Below are positions 8,802-18,413 of a DNA stretch of 64,000 bases, one piece after another; the first letter of the stretch is position 1; the number at the start of each line of letters is the position of its first letter. Under the pieces are notes generated by a model. The model was not told where the DNA came from. It did no database searches and worked only from the letters and a program-made list of their open reading frames with translations. The DNA comes from Opitutales bacterium (lineage in GTDB: Bacteria; Verrucomicrobiota; Verrucomicrobiia; Opitutales; UBA953). Made by a program: the position numbers and the translations under genes. Location: NCBI GenBank assembly GCA_044350605.1, contig JBILHF010000003.1:3401-67400 (forward strand), in the 5' to 3' direction.

Positions 8802-9926
8802 TCAGCCCAGGAAGGCGTGCAGGCGGACCGCGAGCCCGGTGTCGGGCAGCAGGAAACCGTCATGACCGGCGTCCGTGACCACCTCATGGTAGGCGGCGTT
8901 GACGCCGACCGCGGTGGCGGCGGCCAGCAGCATGCGCAGCTCGCTGGTCGGATAGAGCCAGTCGCTCGAGAAACCGATGGCGAGCACCTCCGGGCTGTCC
9001 GGGGCGAAGAGCTTGCCGGCGGCGGCGCGGGCGGTCAGGTCGAAGCGATCCACGGCGCGGGTGATGCGCAGCCAGCTGTTGGCGTCGAAGCGACGGACGA
9101 AGGACGCGCCTTGGTGCTCGAGGTAGCTTTCGACCTGCCAGTGCACCGGGTCGCCCGAGGCGGCGCCGGGCACCTTGGCGCGGCCGAACTTCTGCTCGAA
9201 CGAGGCGGGCGAAAGGTAGCTGATGTGCGCGAGCATGCGACCCACGGCCAGGCCAGAGTCGGGGCCTTCGCCGGGCACGTAATGTCCGCCTCGGAAATTC
9301 GGGTCACGTTCCACGCAGGCGCGCGAGACGGCGTTGAGGGCGATCGCCATCGGCGACTGGCTCAGGCCGGCGGCGAGCACGGCGATCCGGCCGACCTCGG
9401 CGGGATAATCGGCGCACCAAAGGAGCGCCTGCATACCGCCCATCGAGCCGCCGACGACGGCATGGAGGCGGGTGATGCCTAGATGGCGGACGACAAGGCG
9501 CTGGGCCCGGACGATATCTCCCAAAGTGATCTCCGGAAAGAAGCCGCCGTAGGGACGGCCCGTGCGGGGGTCGGTCGAGAGCGGACCGGTCGAGCCTTGG
9601 CAGCCGCCGAGACAATTGACGCCGATGACGAAGAAACGGTCCGTGTCGATGGCCTTGCCGGGGCCGACGAAACAATCCCACCAGCCCGGCTTACGGTCCT
9701 CGGCGGCATAGCGGCCGGCGACGTGATGGTCGCCGCTCAGGGCGTGCGGGACGAGGATCGCGTTCGACTTGTCCGGCAGCAGCGTGCCGTAGGTCTCGTA
9801 GCGCAAGGTCAGGCCGGGCAGTTCACCGCCAAGCTCCAGAGGGAAAGGCTCCGCGGAAGCGTAATCCTGCCAGGCGACCGGGCAGAGTTCGCGAAGGTTG
9901 GTCGGTTGGGCCGGACAGTCGGACAT
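8802..9926 (-). CDS. metX: Homoserine O-acetyltransferase
   Basis: The product is an alpha/beta hydrolase with GGSMGGMQALLW and N-terminal LELGGELPGLTLRYETYGTL, typical of MetX. Its stop abuts the cls stop with zero spacing. Confidence 0.9.
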   Translation of the reverse strand: MSDCPAQPTNLRELCPVAWQDYASAEPFPLELGGELPGLTLRYETYGTLLPDKSNAILVPHALSGDHHVAGRYAAEDRKPGWWDCFVGPGKAIDTDRFFVIGVNCLGGCQGSTGPLSTDPRTGRPYGGFFPEITLGDIVRAQRLVVRHLGITRLHAVVGGSMGGMQALLWCADYPAEVGRIAVLAAGLSQSPMAIALNAVSRACVERDPNFRGGHYVPGEGPDSGLAVGRMLAHISYLSPASFEQKFGRAKVPGAASGDPVHWQVESYLEHQGASFVRRFDANSWLRITRAVDRFDLTARAAAGKLFAPDSPEVLAIGFSSDWLYPTSELRMLLAAATAVGVNAAYHEVVTDAGHDGFLLPDTGLAVRLHAFLG

Positions 9927-10014
9927 GGACGTATCCAGCCAAGCCAGACCCGGGCGGGAGGCAAGTGGCCATTCGTTGTTGCCTCGTCATAAACCTGCCC
10001 AAACCTTGGAAGCC

Positions 10015-10491
10015 ATGTCCCCCGGCCACCGCCACGACGAAGATTGCTGCGGGGCGGGCTCCGGCGACCGTGTCGAGACCGCCCTCCTGCGGATGAAGGA
10101 AAAGGCCATGCGGATCACCTCGCCTCGGCTGACGATGCTCCGGATCCTCGCGGCCGCGAAGCACCCGCTCAGCGCCGAGCAGATCCATGAAGCCGCGGGC
10201 GACGACAAACTCGACCTCGTGACGGTCTACCGCAGCCTCGGCGCCATGGACGACGCCGGCATCGTCCAACGCCACCCCCTCGAGCGGGGTCGCAGCCTCT
10301 ACGCCCTGGTCACTCCCGGACACCATCACCATCACGTCATCTGCCGCCGCTGCGGACGGATCGAACGCCTCCCCGGCTGCGATTCGTCGCGCCTCGAGGC
10401 CGCCGCCAAAGCCAAGGGCTTCGGCGAACTGACGCACGTGATGGAAGTCTACGGCATCTGCCCCGCCTGCGCCGCCTCTTCTCATGCCTGA
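10015..10491 (+). CDS. Fur-family metalloregulator (Zur/PerR-like)
   Basis: The product contains RITSPRLTMLRILAAAKHPLSAEQIH...LVTVYRSLGAMDDAGIV...HHHHHVICRRCGRIE...GICPACAA, a winged helix plus CxxC...CxxC. It has a His/Cys-rich N-terminal tail, MSPGHRHDEDCC. Confidence 0.85.
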   Translation: MSPGHRHDEDCCGAGSGDRVETALLRMKEKAMRITSPRLTMLRILAAAKHPLSAEQIHEAAGDDKLDLVTVYRSLGAMDDAGIVQRHPLERGRSLYALVTPGHHHHHVICRRCGRIERLPGCDSSRLEAAAKAKGFGELTHVMEVYGICPACAASSHA

Positions 10492-12175
10492 TTTCCCCCG
10501 CACCGCCTTCCTCCTCGGAGCCGGCCTCGGCACGCGCCTGCGTCCGCTCACCGAAAACTGCCCGAAGCCCCTGCTCCCGATCGCCGGACGCCCGATGGTC
10601 CTGCAGGCGATGGAGAAGCTCCGCGCCGCCGGCACGCGCCGCTTCCTGATCAACACGCACCACTGCCCCGAAGCCTGGACGCTCGCCTTCCCCGAAGGAC
10701 GTTTCGGCGACGCCGAAGTGAAGCTCGTCCATGAGCCCGTCCTGCTCGAGACCGGCGGCGGCCTCGCCAATATCGCCGGCCTGCTCGGACCGGACGACCA
10801 GGACCTCGTCATCTGGAACGGTGACATCCTCTCCGGTTGCGACATCACGGCAGCCGTCGCGCATCACCGGGCCAACGGTGGCGAAGCCACCCTGGTGGTC
10901 CGCGAAGATGGCCCGAACCGCAACGTCCGCGTCACCGACGAAGGCGTCGTGACCGACCTGCGCGACCGCCTCGGCCAGCAGGATCCGGCCTACCAATACA
11001 CCGGCATCTGCGTCGTCACCAAGGCCTTCGCCCAAGGCGTGCCAACGACGATCGAATCGCTTGTCGAACACTTCCTCCGCCGCACGCAGGCCCAGCCCGG
11101 CAGCATCCAAGGCTTCCTCGACGGCTCCGCGACCTGGCATGACCTCGGCACCATCGAGGAATACCAGGCCGTGAAGGCCCAGCAGGAAAAGCCGGTCCGC
11201 GGCGCCATCACGCCGGCCGATGCGGCCCAGGCCCACGGTTACGAACTCACCGCCGGCGGCGAAGTCCTCAAGGGCGGCTCCGGCCGCAAGTTCCATCGTC
11301 TGCGTAAGCCGACCGGCGAGACCGCCGTGCTCTGCGTCTACGACGATTCCCGCCCCGAGAACCAGCTTTACGGCGACATCGCCGGCGTGCTCCGCGACCA
11401 GATCGGCGTGCAGGTCCCGCAGGTGCTCGCGGCGGACAAAGCCGCAGGCGTGCTCGTGCTCGAAGACCTCGGCGACACCGACCTCTGGTCGCTCGCCCAA
11501 GGCGCCGAGTTCCCGTGGGCGCCTTTCGCCTCCGCGCTCGAACAGGTCGCCGGCATCCATCGCCACGGCGTCGACGCCTTCGCCGCGGCGGGCGTGCCGC
11601 TCATGGAGGCTTTCGGCCCGAACCTCTACCAGTGGGAGCGCCAATACTTCCAGGACAACGCGCTCGGCGGCCGTAAGCCCGACCGCGCCGTCACCGACGA
11701 GATGGCCTCGCTCGCCAAGGAGCTCATGGGCCAGCCCGTCGTCACGATCCATCGCGACTTCCAGTCGCAGAACATCATGGTGCGCGAAGGCTCCGCCTGG
11801 CTCGTCGACCTCCAGGGCCTGCGGCACGGCTGCATGTTCTACGACTACGCCTCGCTCGCCTTCGATCCGTATCTCAAGCGCCCGGACATGGACCTCTGGC
11901 GCATCGAGATCGAGGACCATGCGCGCGAAGTCTCCGGCTGGAAGGGTTCCAGCGACGAGTTCTCGCACCTCTTCCACGTCGCCGCGACGCAGCGCCTCCT
12001 GCAGGCCTGCGGCGCCTACGGTTTCCTCGGCCACAAGAAGGGCCGGCCGGAATACCTCGCGCATCTGCCGCAAGGCCTGCGCAACCTGACGATCGCCGCC
12101 TCCCTCTGCGGGAAGCGACGGATCGCCAGGCTGGCGGAAGAACTCGCGGGCGCCCCGACGAAGGTCAGCCGTTGA
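10484..12175 (+). CDS. Bifunctional sugar-1-phosphate nucleotidylyltransferase / anomeric sugar kinase (MurU-like N-terminus fused to AmgK-like C-terminus)
   Basis: The N-terminus [29 protein letters not shown] is the NTP_transferase signature. The C-terminus is APH-type kinase, with [12 protein letters not shown]...[20 protein letters not shown] resembling the AmgK HRDxxSxN / DFQ motifs. The ATG overlaps the fur-like stop (ATGCCTGA). Confidence 0.65.
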   Translation: MPDFPRTAFLLGAGLGTRLRPLTENCPKPLLPIAGRPMVLQAMEKLRAAGTRRFLINTHHCPEAWTLAFPEGRFGDAEVKLVHEPVLLETGGGLANIAGLLGPDDQDLVIWNGDILSGCDITAAVAHHRANGGEATLVVREDGPNRNVRVTDEGVVTDLRDRLGQQDPAYQYTGICVVTKAFAQGVPTTIESLVEHFLRRTQAQPGSIQGFLDGSATWHDLGTIEEYQAVKAQQEKPVRGAITPADAAQAHGYELTAGGEVLKGGSGRKFHRLRKPTGETAVLCVYDDSRPENQLYGDIAGVLRDQIGVQVPQVLAADKAAGVLVLEDLGDTDLWSLAQGAEFPWAPFASALEQVAGIHRHGVDAFAAAGVPLMEAFGPNLYQWERQYFQDNALGGRKPDRAVTDEMASLAKELMGQPVVTIHRDFQSQNIMVREGSAWLVDLQGLRHGCMFYDYASLAFDPYLKRPDMDLWRIEIEDHAREVSGWKGSSDEFSHLFHVAATQRLLQACGAYGFLGHKKGRPEYLAHLPQGLRNLTIAASLCGKRRIARLAEELAGAPTKVSR

Positions 12176-13667
12176 CCTTGTCGTCGAGGAAGCGGACGAC
12201 CTCGTCTTCCGTCATGCGCACCTGCTCCAGCGTGTCGCGGTCGCGGACCGTGACGCCGGCGCCCTTCTCGATCGTGTCGAAGTCGATGGTGATGCCGTAA
12301 GGCGTGCCGATCTCGTCCTGGCGACGGTAGCGGCGGCCGATGGCGCCGGCGGCGTCGTAGAAGACGTTGTGGCGCTTCTTAAGGCGGCGGTAGAGGGCCT
12401 CGGCGCGCTCGACGAGCTCGGGCTTGTTCTTCACCAGCGGGAAGATCGCGGCCTTGAACGGAGCGACGCGGGCCGGGAGGCGGAGCACGACGCGCTTCTC
12501 GCCCTCGACCTCGTCCTCATGGTAGGCCGTGGTGAGGAGCGCGAGGAACACGCGGTCGACGCCGACGGACGGCTCGATCACGTGCGGGATATAGCGGGCC
12601 TTGGCGGCCTCGTCGAACCAGTCGAGCTTCTGGCCCGAGACGTTGCTGTGCTGGGTCAGGTCGAAGTCGCCGCGGGCGGCGACGCCCTGGAGCTCCTGCA
12701 CGCCGAAGGGGAATTCGAACATGATGTCCGTGGTGCCCTTCGAATAGTGGGCGAGCTTCTCGGTCGGGTGCGGGTAGAGCGAGAGCTTCGCGCGCGGGAT
12801 GCCGATGGATTCGAACCAGGCCAGGCAACCTTCGATCCAATCCTTATGGGCGGTCGCCCAGTCCGCGGCCGGCGAGATGAAATACTCGATCTCCATCTGC
12901 TCGAACTCGCGGGAGCGGAAGATGAAGTTGCGCGGGTTGATCTCGTTGCGGAACGCCTTGCCGATCTGGGCGATGCCGAAGGGCAGCTTCACGCGGCCCG
13001 TGTCGACGACGTTCTTGAAATTGATGAAGATGCCCTGCGCGGTCTCCGGGCGGAGGTAGGCGGTGGCCGACGCGTCCTGCATGGCGCCGACATACGTCTG
13101 GAACATCATGTTGAACGAGCGGGGCGGCGTGAGCGAACCCGGCTTGCCCGTGGCGGGCGAAGGGACGAGCGCGTGCTCCTCGGGCCTGGCCTCGGTGTAA
13201 TCCTTGAGCATGACCGGCTCGAGCGCGCCCTGCTTGGCGAGCTTGCGCTTCATCTCGTTGGCCATCTCGTCGGCCTTGGCCTGCATGCCGTCGTCCTCGA
13301 GGACGGAGACGTAGCCGATCGTCTCGCCGGCGACGCGCACCGGGGCGAAGAAGAGCTGGTCGGCGCGGTAGCGCATCTTGGACTCCTTGCAGTCGACGAG
13401 CGGGTCGGTGAAATTGTCGATGTGGCCCGAAGCCTTCCAGGTCGTCGGGTGGTGGATGATCGAGGAATCGAGGCCGACGATGTCGTCGCGACGGTGGACG
13501 AAATCCTGCCACCAAGCCTGCTTGATGTTGTTCTTCAGCTCGACGCCGAGGGGGCCGTAGTCGAAGAAGCCGTTGAAGCCGCCGTAGATGTCGGAGGAAG
13601 GGAAGACGAACCCGCGGCGTTTGCACAGGTTGATGATGGATTCCATCTTGTCGGTCGGGTCGGCCAT
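12165..13667 (-). CDS. glyQS: Glycine--tRNA ligase (homodimeric GlyQS type)
   Basis: The product reads [39 protein letters not shown]...[14 protein letters not shown]...[25 protein letters not shown] prefer the start at ATG 13667. The 3' end overlaps the converging gene by 11 nt. Confidence 0.94.
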   Translation of the reverse strand: MADPTDKMESIINLCKRRGFVFPSSDIYGGFNGFFDYGPLGVELKNNIKQAWWQDFVHRRDDIVGLDSSIIHHPTTWKASGHIDNFTDPLVDCKESKMRYRADQLFFAPVRVAGETIGYVSVLEDDGMQAKADEMANEMKRKLAKQGALEPVMLKDYTEARPEEHALVPSPATGKPGSLTPPRSFNMMFQTYVGAMQDASATAYLRPETAQGIFINFKNVVDTGRVKLPFGIAQIGKAFRNEINPRNFIFRSREFEQMEIEYFISPAADWATAHKDWIEGCLAWFESIGIPRAKLSLYPHPTEKLAHYSKGTTDIMFEFPFGVQELQGVAARGDFDLTQHSNVSGQKLDWFDEAAKARYIPHVIEPSVGVDRVFLALLTTAYHEDEVEGEKRVVLRLPARVAPFKAAIFPLVKNKPELVERAEALYRRLKKRHNVFYDAAGAIGRRYRRQDEIGTPYGITIDFDTIEKGAGVTVRDRDTLEQVRMTEDEVVRFLDDKVNG

Positions 13668-13725
13668 GGCGGGTAAATGCCCCTCACCTATCCCCGCTCC
13701 GGGGGTCCGCCGCAAGCCTGTTCCC

Positions 13726-14664
13726 TCAGCGGGGCTGGGGCTCGGTCGTCAATCCGGCGGCCTTCTTCTTCCAAGTCCGCGCACCTTCGGAGACCGCGCG
13801 AAGAACCCCGGAAACATCGCCGGCGGCGGCGGTCATGCTCGCCTGCGAACCCTCGAGGGCCGCGCCGAAAGAAGCGAGGGCCGTGGCCGCATCGGCGAGG
13901 CGCACCTGGAGGACGGCGAGCGTCTCATCGTCCAACCCGCGCTCCGCCTTCTCGACGGCGGCACGAAGCCGGCCGGAGGCCTCGGCGAAACGTAGCGCGC
14001 GTTCGCCCAGGACTTCGGCCGCGGTCGCTTCGCGGACCGCCGAGGTGCGGGCCACCAGGTCGGCGGAGAAGCGGGTGGCCCGCGCCGGGTCCGCCGAGAC
14101 CAGCCAGCGGTCGAGGTCACGGTCGAGTTCGGCGGCCAGACCGACGAGGTCCGCCTCCGCCAGACGCTCGAGCTGATCGACGAAGCCTTCGAGCCGTCGA
14201 CCGAAAGCCTCGCCGACCGGAGGGATCTCATCGCGCCGCAAGGCGGTCGTCGGCGGGGGCGCGGCGGCGTCCCAGACGAGTTCGACCTGGAGCAGGCCGG
14301 AGGCGGGATTGACGGTGATCAGGCGGGCGCGGAGACCACGGGAGACCTCTTCGCCGAGCCGATCGCCACGAAGACGGTCGGCGAAGCCGCGATCTTCGAG
14401 CGCCTCGGGATCGACGCTCAGGCTGACGAGCGGACGCAGGCGGCCGTCCGCGTCGAGGTCGAGGCCGATGGAGACGACCTGCCCGACCGTGACGCCATTC
14501 ACGCGCACCGGCGTGCCGGTGGCGATACCCTCGACGGAGAACGCCGGGCGGAAGACGAGGGTGACGAGCGGAGCGGACCACGCCCGCCACCACGCGAAAG
14601 CGGACCACAGCAGTCCCGAGACCAGCACGGCCAGCATCAAGCCGCCGAGCGCGCGTCGGCTCAT
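13726..14664 (-). CDS. MCE/MlaD-domain membrane protein
   Basis: An N-terminal TM helix is followed by [25 protein letters not shown], an MlaD/PqiB-type beta-barrel motif. The C-terminal half is helical. The ATG overlaps the pheA stop (ATGA). Confidence 0.7.
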   Translation of the reverse strand: MSRRALGGLMLAVLVSGLLWSAFAWWRAWSAPLVTLVFRPAFSVEGIATGTPVRVNGVTVGQVVSIGLDLDADGRLRPLVSLSVDPEALEDRGFADRLRGDRLGEEVSRGLRARLITVNPASGLLQVELVWDAAAPPPTTALRRDEIPPVGEAFGRRLEGFVDQLERLAEADLVGLAAELDRDLDRWLVSADPARATRFSADLVARTSAVREATAAEVLGERALRFAEASGRLRAAVEKAERGLDDETLAVLQVRLADAATALASFGAALEGSQASMTAAAGDVSGVLRAVSEGARTWKKKAAGLTTEPQPR

Positions 14665-15728
14665 CCGGCGGTCTGGGGATAGCTACCGAGCCATTTCACG
14701 ACCTCGCACCGGGGCTTCAGTTCGCCGATGGCGGCCTGGACCGCCGGCGCCTCCCAGTGTCCCGGGAAATCGATGAAGAACAGATACTCCCAGGCGCGCC
14801 GGTGGCTCGGACGCGATTCGATACGGATGAGGTTGATGCCGCGGTCCGAGAAAGCGGCGAGGGCTCCCTGCAGGGCGCCGGGCTCGTGCTTGAGGGTGAG
14901 GACGACGCTCGTCACCTCTTCCGGTGCGCCGACCGCGTTGGCGGCCTTGGCGATGACGAAGAAGCGCGTGGCATTGTCGCGGCGGTCCTGGATGCCGCGG
15001 GCGAGGATGGGAACGCCGCGCGATTCGGCGGCGGTGGCGGAAGCGACGGCGGCCTGGCCCTGCGGCGAGCGCGCGACGAGTTCGACGGCGGCGGCGGTGC
15101 TGTCGGTCTCGACCAGCGCGGCGGCGGGCAGATGACGGGACAGCCAGCCGCGGCACTGGGCGAGGGCGATGTCCTTCGAGAGCACCTTGGTCACCTGGTC
15201 GAGCGGACCCTGGCCGACGAGGCATTGCTCGACCGAAAGGGTGACCTGCGCGACGACCTTCAAATCAGACTCCGCAAGCAGGTCGAGCGAGTGGCTCACC
15301 ACGCCCTCGGTGGAGTTCTCGACCGGGACGACGCCATAGGAAGCCTCGCCGGATTCGACGGCGGCGAAGACATCACCGATGGAGCGCAGAGGCAGCGAAG
15401 GCACGCTGGTGCCGAAGGCGCGAATCTGAGCCTGCTGGGTGAAGGAGCCTTCGGGCCCGAGGTAGGCGACCGGCTTGGCCATCTGGGCGCCGATGGACAG
15501 CGAGATGATCTCGCGGTAGACGGCGCGGAGGCCGGAAGCCGGGATGGCGGGGGCGGCTTCGGTGATCGAGCGCAGGAGCTGTTCTTCGCGCTGCGGGGCG
15601 TAGACCGGCGCGCCGGACTTCAGCTTGGCTTCGCCGATGGCACGGGCCACCTGTAGGCGTTCGCCGAGGAGGCGAAGGATCTCCCGGTCGATGCGATCGA
15701 CCTCGCGACGATGGTCTTCGAGGCTCAT
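14661..15728 (-). CDS. pheA: Bifunctional chorismate mutase / prephenate dehydratase (P-protein)
   Basis: The N-terminal chorismate mutase helix reads HRREVDRIDREILRLLGERLQVARAIGEAK. A prephenate dehydratase domain (VAYLGPEGSFTQQA) and a C-terminal ACT domain (NLIRIESRP) follow. Confidence 0.9.
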   Translation of the reverse strand: MSLEDHRREVDRIDREILRLLGERLQVARAIGEAKLKSGAPVYAPQREEQLLRSITEAAPAIPASGLRAVYREIISLSIGAQMAKPVAYLGPEGSFTQQAQIRAFGTSVPSLPLRSIGDVFAAVESGEASYGVVPVENSTEGVVSHSLDLLAESDLKVVAQVTLSVEQCLVGQGPLDQVTKVLSKDIALAQCRGWLSRHLPAAALVETDSTAAAVELVARSPQGQAAVASATAAESRGVPILARGIQDRRDNATRFFVIAKAANAVGAPEEVTSVVLTLKHEPGALQGALAAFSDRGINLIRIESRPSHRRAWEYLFFIDFPGHWEAPAVQAAIGELKPRCEVVKWLGSYPQTAG

Positions 15729-16510
15729 GCGCTGGGGGTTTCGGGCTCGGGCGGCGGCTCGGTCGCGACCGCGGCGGCGGACTGGTCTTCGAGCGGCAGG
15801 CCGACTTCGGCGTCACCGACTTCGACCGGCGTCGTGGCGCGCGTGATCCATTCCGAGATCTGCGCAGGCGAAAGCACGTCGGAAGCCGGAAGTTCGCCGA
15901 GGGAACGCAATCCGGTGAAGTCGAGGAACTTGTCAGTCGTGCCATACTGCAGCGGACGGCCCGGGAGATCGGCGCGGCCCGTGACGGCGACGAGTTCAAG
16001 CTCGAGCAAGCGGGTGAGCGCGCTATCGACGGAGACACCGCGGATGGCTTCCATCTCGGAGCGGGTGACCGGCTGGCGGTAGGCAACGATGGAGAGCGTC
16101 TCGAGCGAGGCCGGGCTGAGGCGCTGCGGGCGGGGCTCGCCGCGGAGCAGGCGCACCCAATCGGCGTAGGCCGGAGAGATCACGAGGCGGAAGCCCTCCG
16201 GGCCCTGCAGGATACGGCAGGCGTCGTTGGCCTCGCGCATCTCGGCTTCGAGGGCGTCGACGGCTTCACGGATCTGGGTCGCCGTCAGCAAGGTCGGTAC
16301 CTGGTCGATGATATCCTGGATGACCTCCTGGACGGGCGGTCCGGCGGGCAGGACGGTGGGCTCACCGGAGGCTTCGAGCAGGTCAGGCTGCTTCTCGGCG
16401 GCGACCTGGGCATGGTAGCGCTGCACGACCTTCTGGATGTCCTTGATGGACACCGACTCGGAGGTCGAGAACAGGAGCGCCTTGATGATTTTCTTGAGAT
16501 TGAATTCCAC
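15725..16510 (-). CDS. scpB: Segregation and condensation protein B
   Basis: The product contains IIKALLFSTSESVSIKDI...LETLSIVAYRQPVTRSEMEAIRGVSVDSALTRLLELELV..GR.DLPGRPLQYGTT.KFL. The start codon is GTG, and the stop overlaps the pheA ATG. Confidence 0.9.
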   Translation of the reverse strand: MEFNLKKIIKALLFSTSESVSIKDIQKVVQRYHAQVAAEKQPDLLEASGEPTVLPAGPPVQEVIQDIIDQVPTLLTATQIREAVDALEAEMREANDACRILQGPEGFRLVISPAYADWVRLLRGEPRPQRLSPASLETLSIVAYRQPVTRSEMEAIRGVSVDSALTRLLELELVAVTGRADLPGRPLQYGTTDKFLDFTGLRSLGELPASDVLSPAQISEWITRATTPVEVGDAEVGLPLEDQSAAAVATEPPPEPETPSA

Positions 16511-16632
16511 GGGACGAAAGGGGTCTTAAATCGGATTGTAAGGAAGCGTAAGGGCGGTTCAGTGTCCGGCTTCCTGCTCTCTTATCTAGGGGGCACCCAT
16601 CCCCTGACAACCGCAGACTTTTCACACCCATC

Positions 16633-18321
16633 ATGACCGACGCCAACCACTGCCGCCAACACTCCGCCATCGTCGTGGACGGACCCGACCGCGCCCCCAG
16701 CCGAGCGATGCTCCGTGCCGTCGGCTTCAATGACGCCGACTTCCAGAAACCGGTCATCGGCATCGCCTCGACCTGGTCGATGGTGACCCCGTGCAACATG
16801 CACATCGACCGCCTGGCCACCGAAGCCGCCAAGGGCGCGGACGCCGCCGGCGGAAAAGCGGTCATTTTCGGCACGATCACGGTCTCCGACGGCATCTCGA
16901 TGGGCACCCCGGGCATGCGCTACTCGCTCGTCTCCCGTGAGATCATCGCCGACTCGATCGAGGCCGTCACCGGCGCCGAGGGCTTCGACGGCCTGGTCAC
17001 CATCGGTGGCTGTGACAAGAACATGCCCGGCTGCGTGATGGCCATGGCTCGCCTCAACCGCCCGTCCGTCTTCGTCTACGGCGGCACCATCGTCCCCGGG
17101 CTGCACAAGGGCAAGGCCGCCGACATCGTCACCGTCTTCGAAGCCGTCGGCCAACACGCCGCCAAGCAGATCGACGACGCCGAGCTCAAGGAGATCGAGA
17201 AGTGCTCGATCCCCGGCGAAGGCTCCTGCGGCGGCATGTACACCGCCAACACCATGGCCTCGGCCATCGAGGCGATGGGCCTGAGCCTGCCGGACAGCTC
17301 CGCGCAGCTCGCCAACTCCAAGGACAAGCTGAAGGACTGCGAACGCGCCAGCCAGGCCGTGCTCGAACTCCTCAAGAAGAACATCCGTCCGTCGGACATC
17401 ATCTCCAAGAAGTCCATCGAGAACGCCATCGTCACCGTGATCGCCCTCGGCGGCTCGACGAACGCCGTGCTGCACCTCATCGCGATCGGCCATTCCGCCG
17501 GCATCAAGATCACCCTCGAAGACTTCGAGCGCGTCGGCCGCAAGGTCCCGGTGCTCGCCGACCTCAAGCCGAGCGGCAAATACAACATGGCCCACTTCGT
17601 GCGCATCGGCGGCCTCCAGCCGCTGCTGAAGATGCTCCTGGACGCCGGCCTGCTCCATGGCGACTGCATGACCGTCACCGGCAAGACCGTGGCGGAGAAC
17701 CTCGCCAACGTCGGCCCCTACTCCGCCGACCAGGACGTCGTGCGCCCGCTGAGCAATCCCATCAAGGCCGACAGCCACCTCCGCGTCCTCCGCGGCAACC
17801 TCGCCCCGGACGGCGCGCTCGCCAAGATCACCGGCAAGGAAGGCAGCTCCTTCACCGGCCACGCCATCGTCTACGAGTCTGAAGAGGCTTCGCTCCGCGG
17901 CATCCTCGACGGCGAGGTGAAGGACGGCCACGTCATCATCATCCGCAACGAAGGCCCCAAGGGCGGCCCCGGCATGCGCGAGATGCTCGGACCTACCAGC
18001 GCCGTCATGGGCAAGGGCATGGGCAAGACCGTGGCGCTGATCACCGACGGTCGTTTCTCCGGCGGCAGCCACGGCTTCGTCGTCGGCCACATCTCGCCTG
18101 AGGCCGCTTCCGGCGGCCCGCTCGCCATCGTCAAGAACGGCGACCGCATCCATATCGACGCCGTGAAAAACGAGCTCAACCTGGACCTGCCGGCGGAAGA
18201 GATCGCCCGCCGCCTCAAGGAGTGGAAGCCCTCGCCCTGCAAGGAGAAGCGCGGCGTGCTCGCCAAATACGCCAAACAAGTGAAGTCGGCCTCCGAAGGC
18301 GCCATCACCGACGGCGACTGA
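16633..18321 (+). CDS. ilvD: Dihydroxy-acid dehydratase
   Basis: The 562-aa product contains RAMLRAVGF.D.DF.KP.IGIAS...CDKNMPG...ITDGRFSGGSHGFVVGHISPEAA. Confidence 0.96.
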   Translation: MTDANHCRQHSAIVVDGPDRAPSRAMLRAVGFNDADFQKPVIGIASTWSMVTPCNMHIDRLATEAAKGADAAGGKAVIFGTITVSDGISMGTPGMRYSLVSREIIADSIEAVTGAEGFDGLVTIGGCDKNMPGCVMAMARLNRPSVFVYGGTIVPGLHKGKAADIVTVFEAVGQHAAKQIDDAELKEIEKCSIPGEGSCGGMYTANTMASAIEAMGLSLPDSSAQLANSKDKLKDCERASQAVLELLKKNIRPSDIISKKSIENAIVTVIALGGSTNAVLHLIAIGHSAGIKITLEDFERVGRKVPVLADLKPSGKYNMAHFVRIGGLQPLLKMLLDAGLLHGDCMTVTGKTVAENLANVGPYSADQDVVRPLSNPIKADSHLRVLRGNLAPDGALAKITGKEGSSFTGHAIVYESEEASLRGILDGEVKDGHVIIIRNEGPKGGPGMREMLGPTSAVMGKGMGKTVALITDGRFSGGSHGFVVGHISPEAASGGPLAIVKNGDRIHIDAVKNELNLDLPAEEIARRLKEWKPSPCKEKRGVLAKYAKQVKSASEGAITDGD

Positions 18322-18343
18322 GGACTTCCTGAGCGGAAATGAA

Positions 18344-18377
18344 AGGGCGGACGCCTCGGCGGACCGCCCTTTTTGTT
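18344..18377 (+). terminator. Rho-independent terminator after ilvD
   Basis: The stem AGGGCGG..(inner CGC/GCG stem)..CCGCCCT is followed by TTTTGTT, 23 nt after the ilvD stop. Confidence 0.8.
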
Positions 18378-18413
18378 GCAAGCCCTTCGGCGCCGGGAGA
18401 GTATCGGAACATC

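Noticed and set aside
9927-10014. Riboswitch, T-box or leader elements upstream of several biosynthetic genes. These are metX (9927..10014), thrB (43720..43783), glyQS (13668..13725) and ilvD (16511..16632).
   Set aside because: The spacers are only 58-122 nt and are shared with divergent genes. I could not fold SAM, T-box or Thr-leader-like structures or find regulatory codon runs in them.
10337-12073. A 578-aa minus-strand ORF opposite the MurU/AmgK-like fusion.
   Set aside because: The sense frame carries two recognisable catalytic signatures, while the antisense frame carries none.
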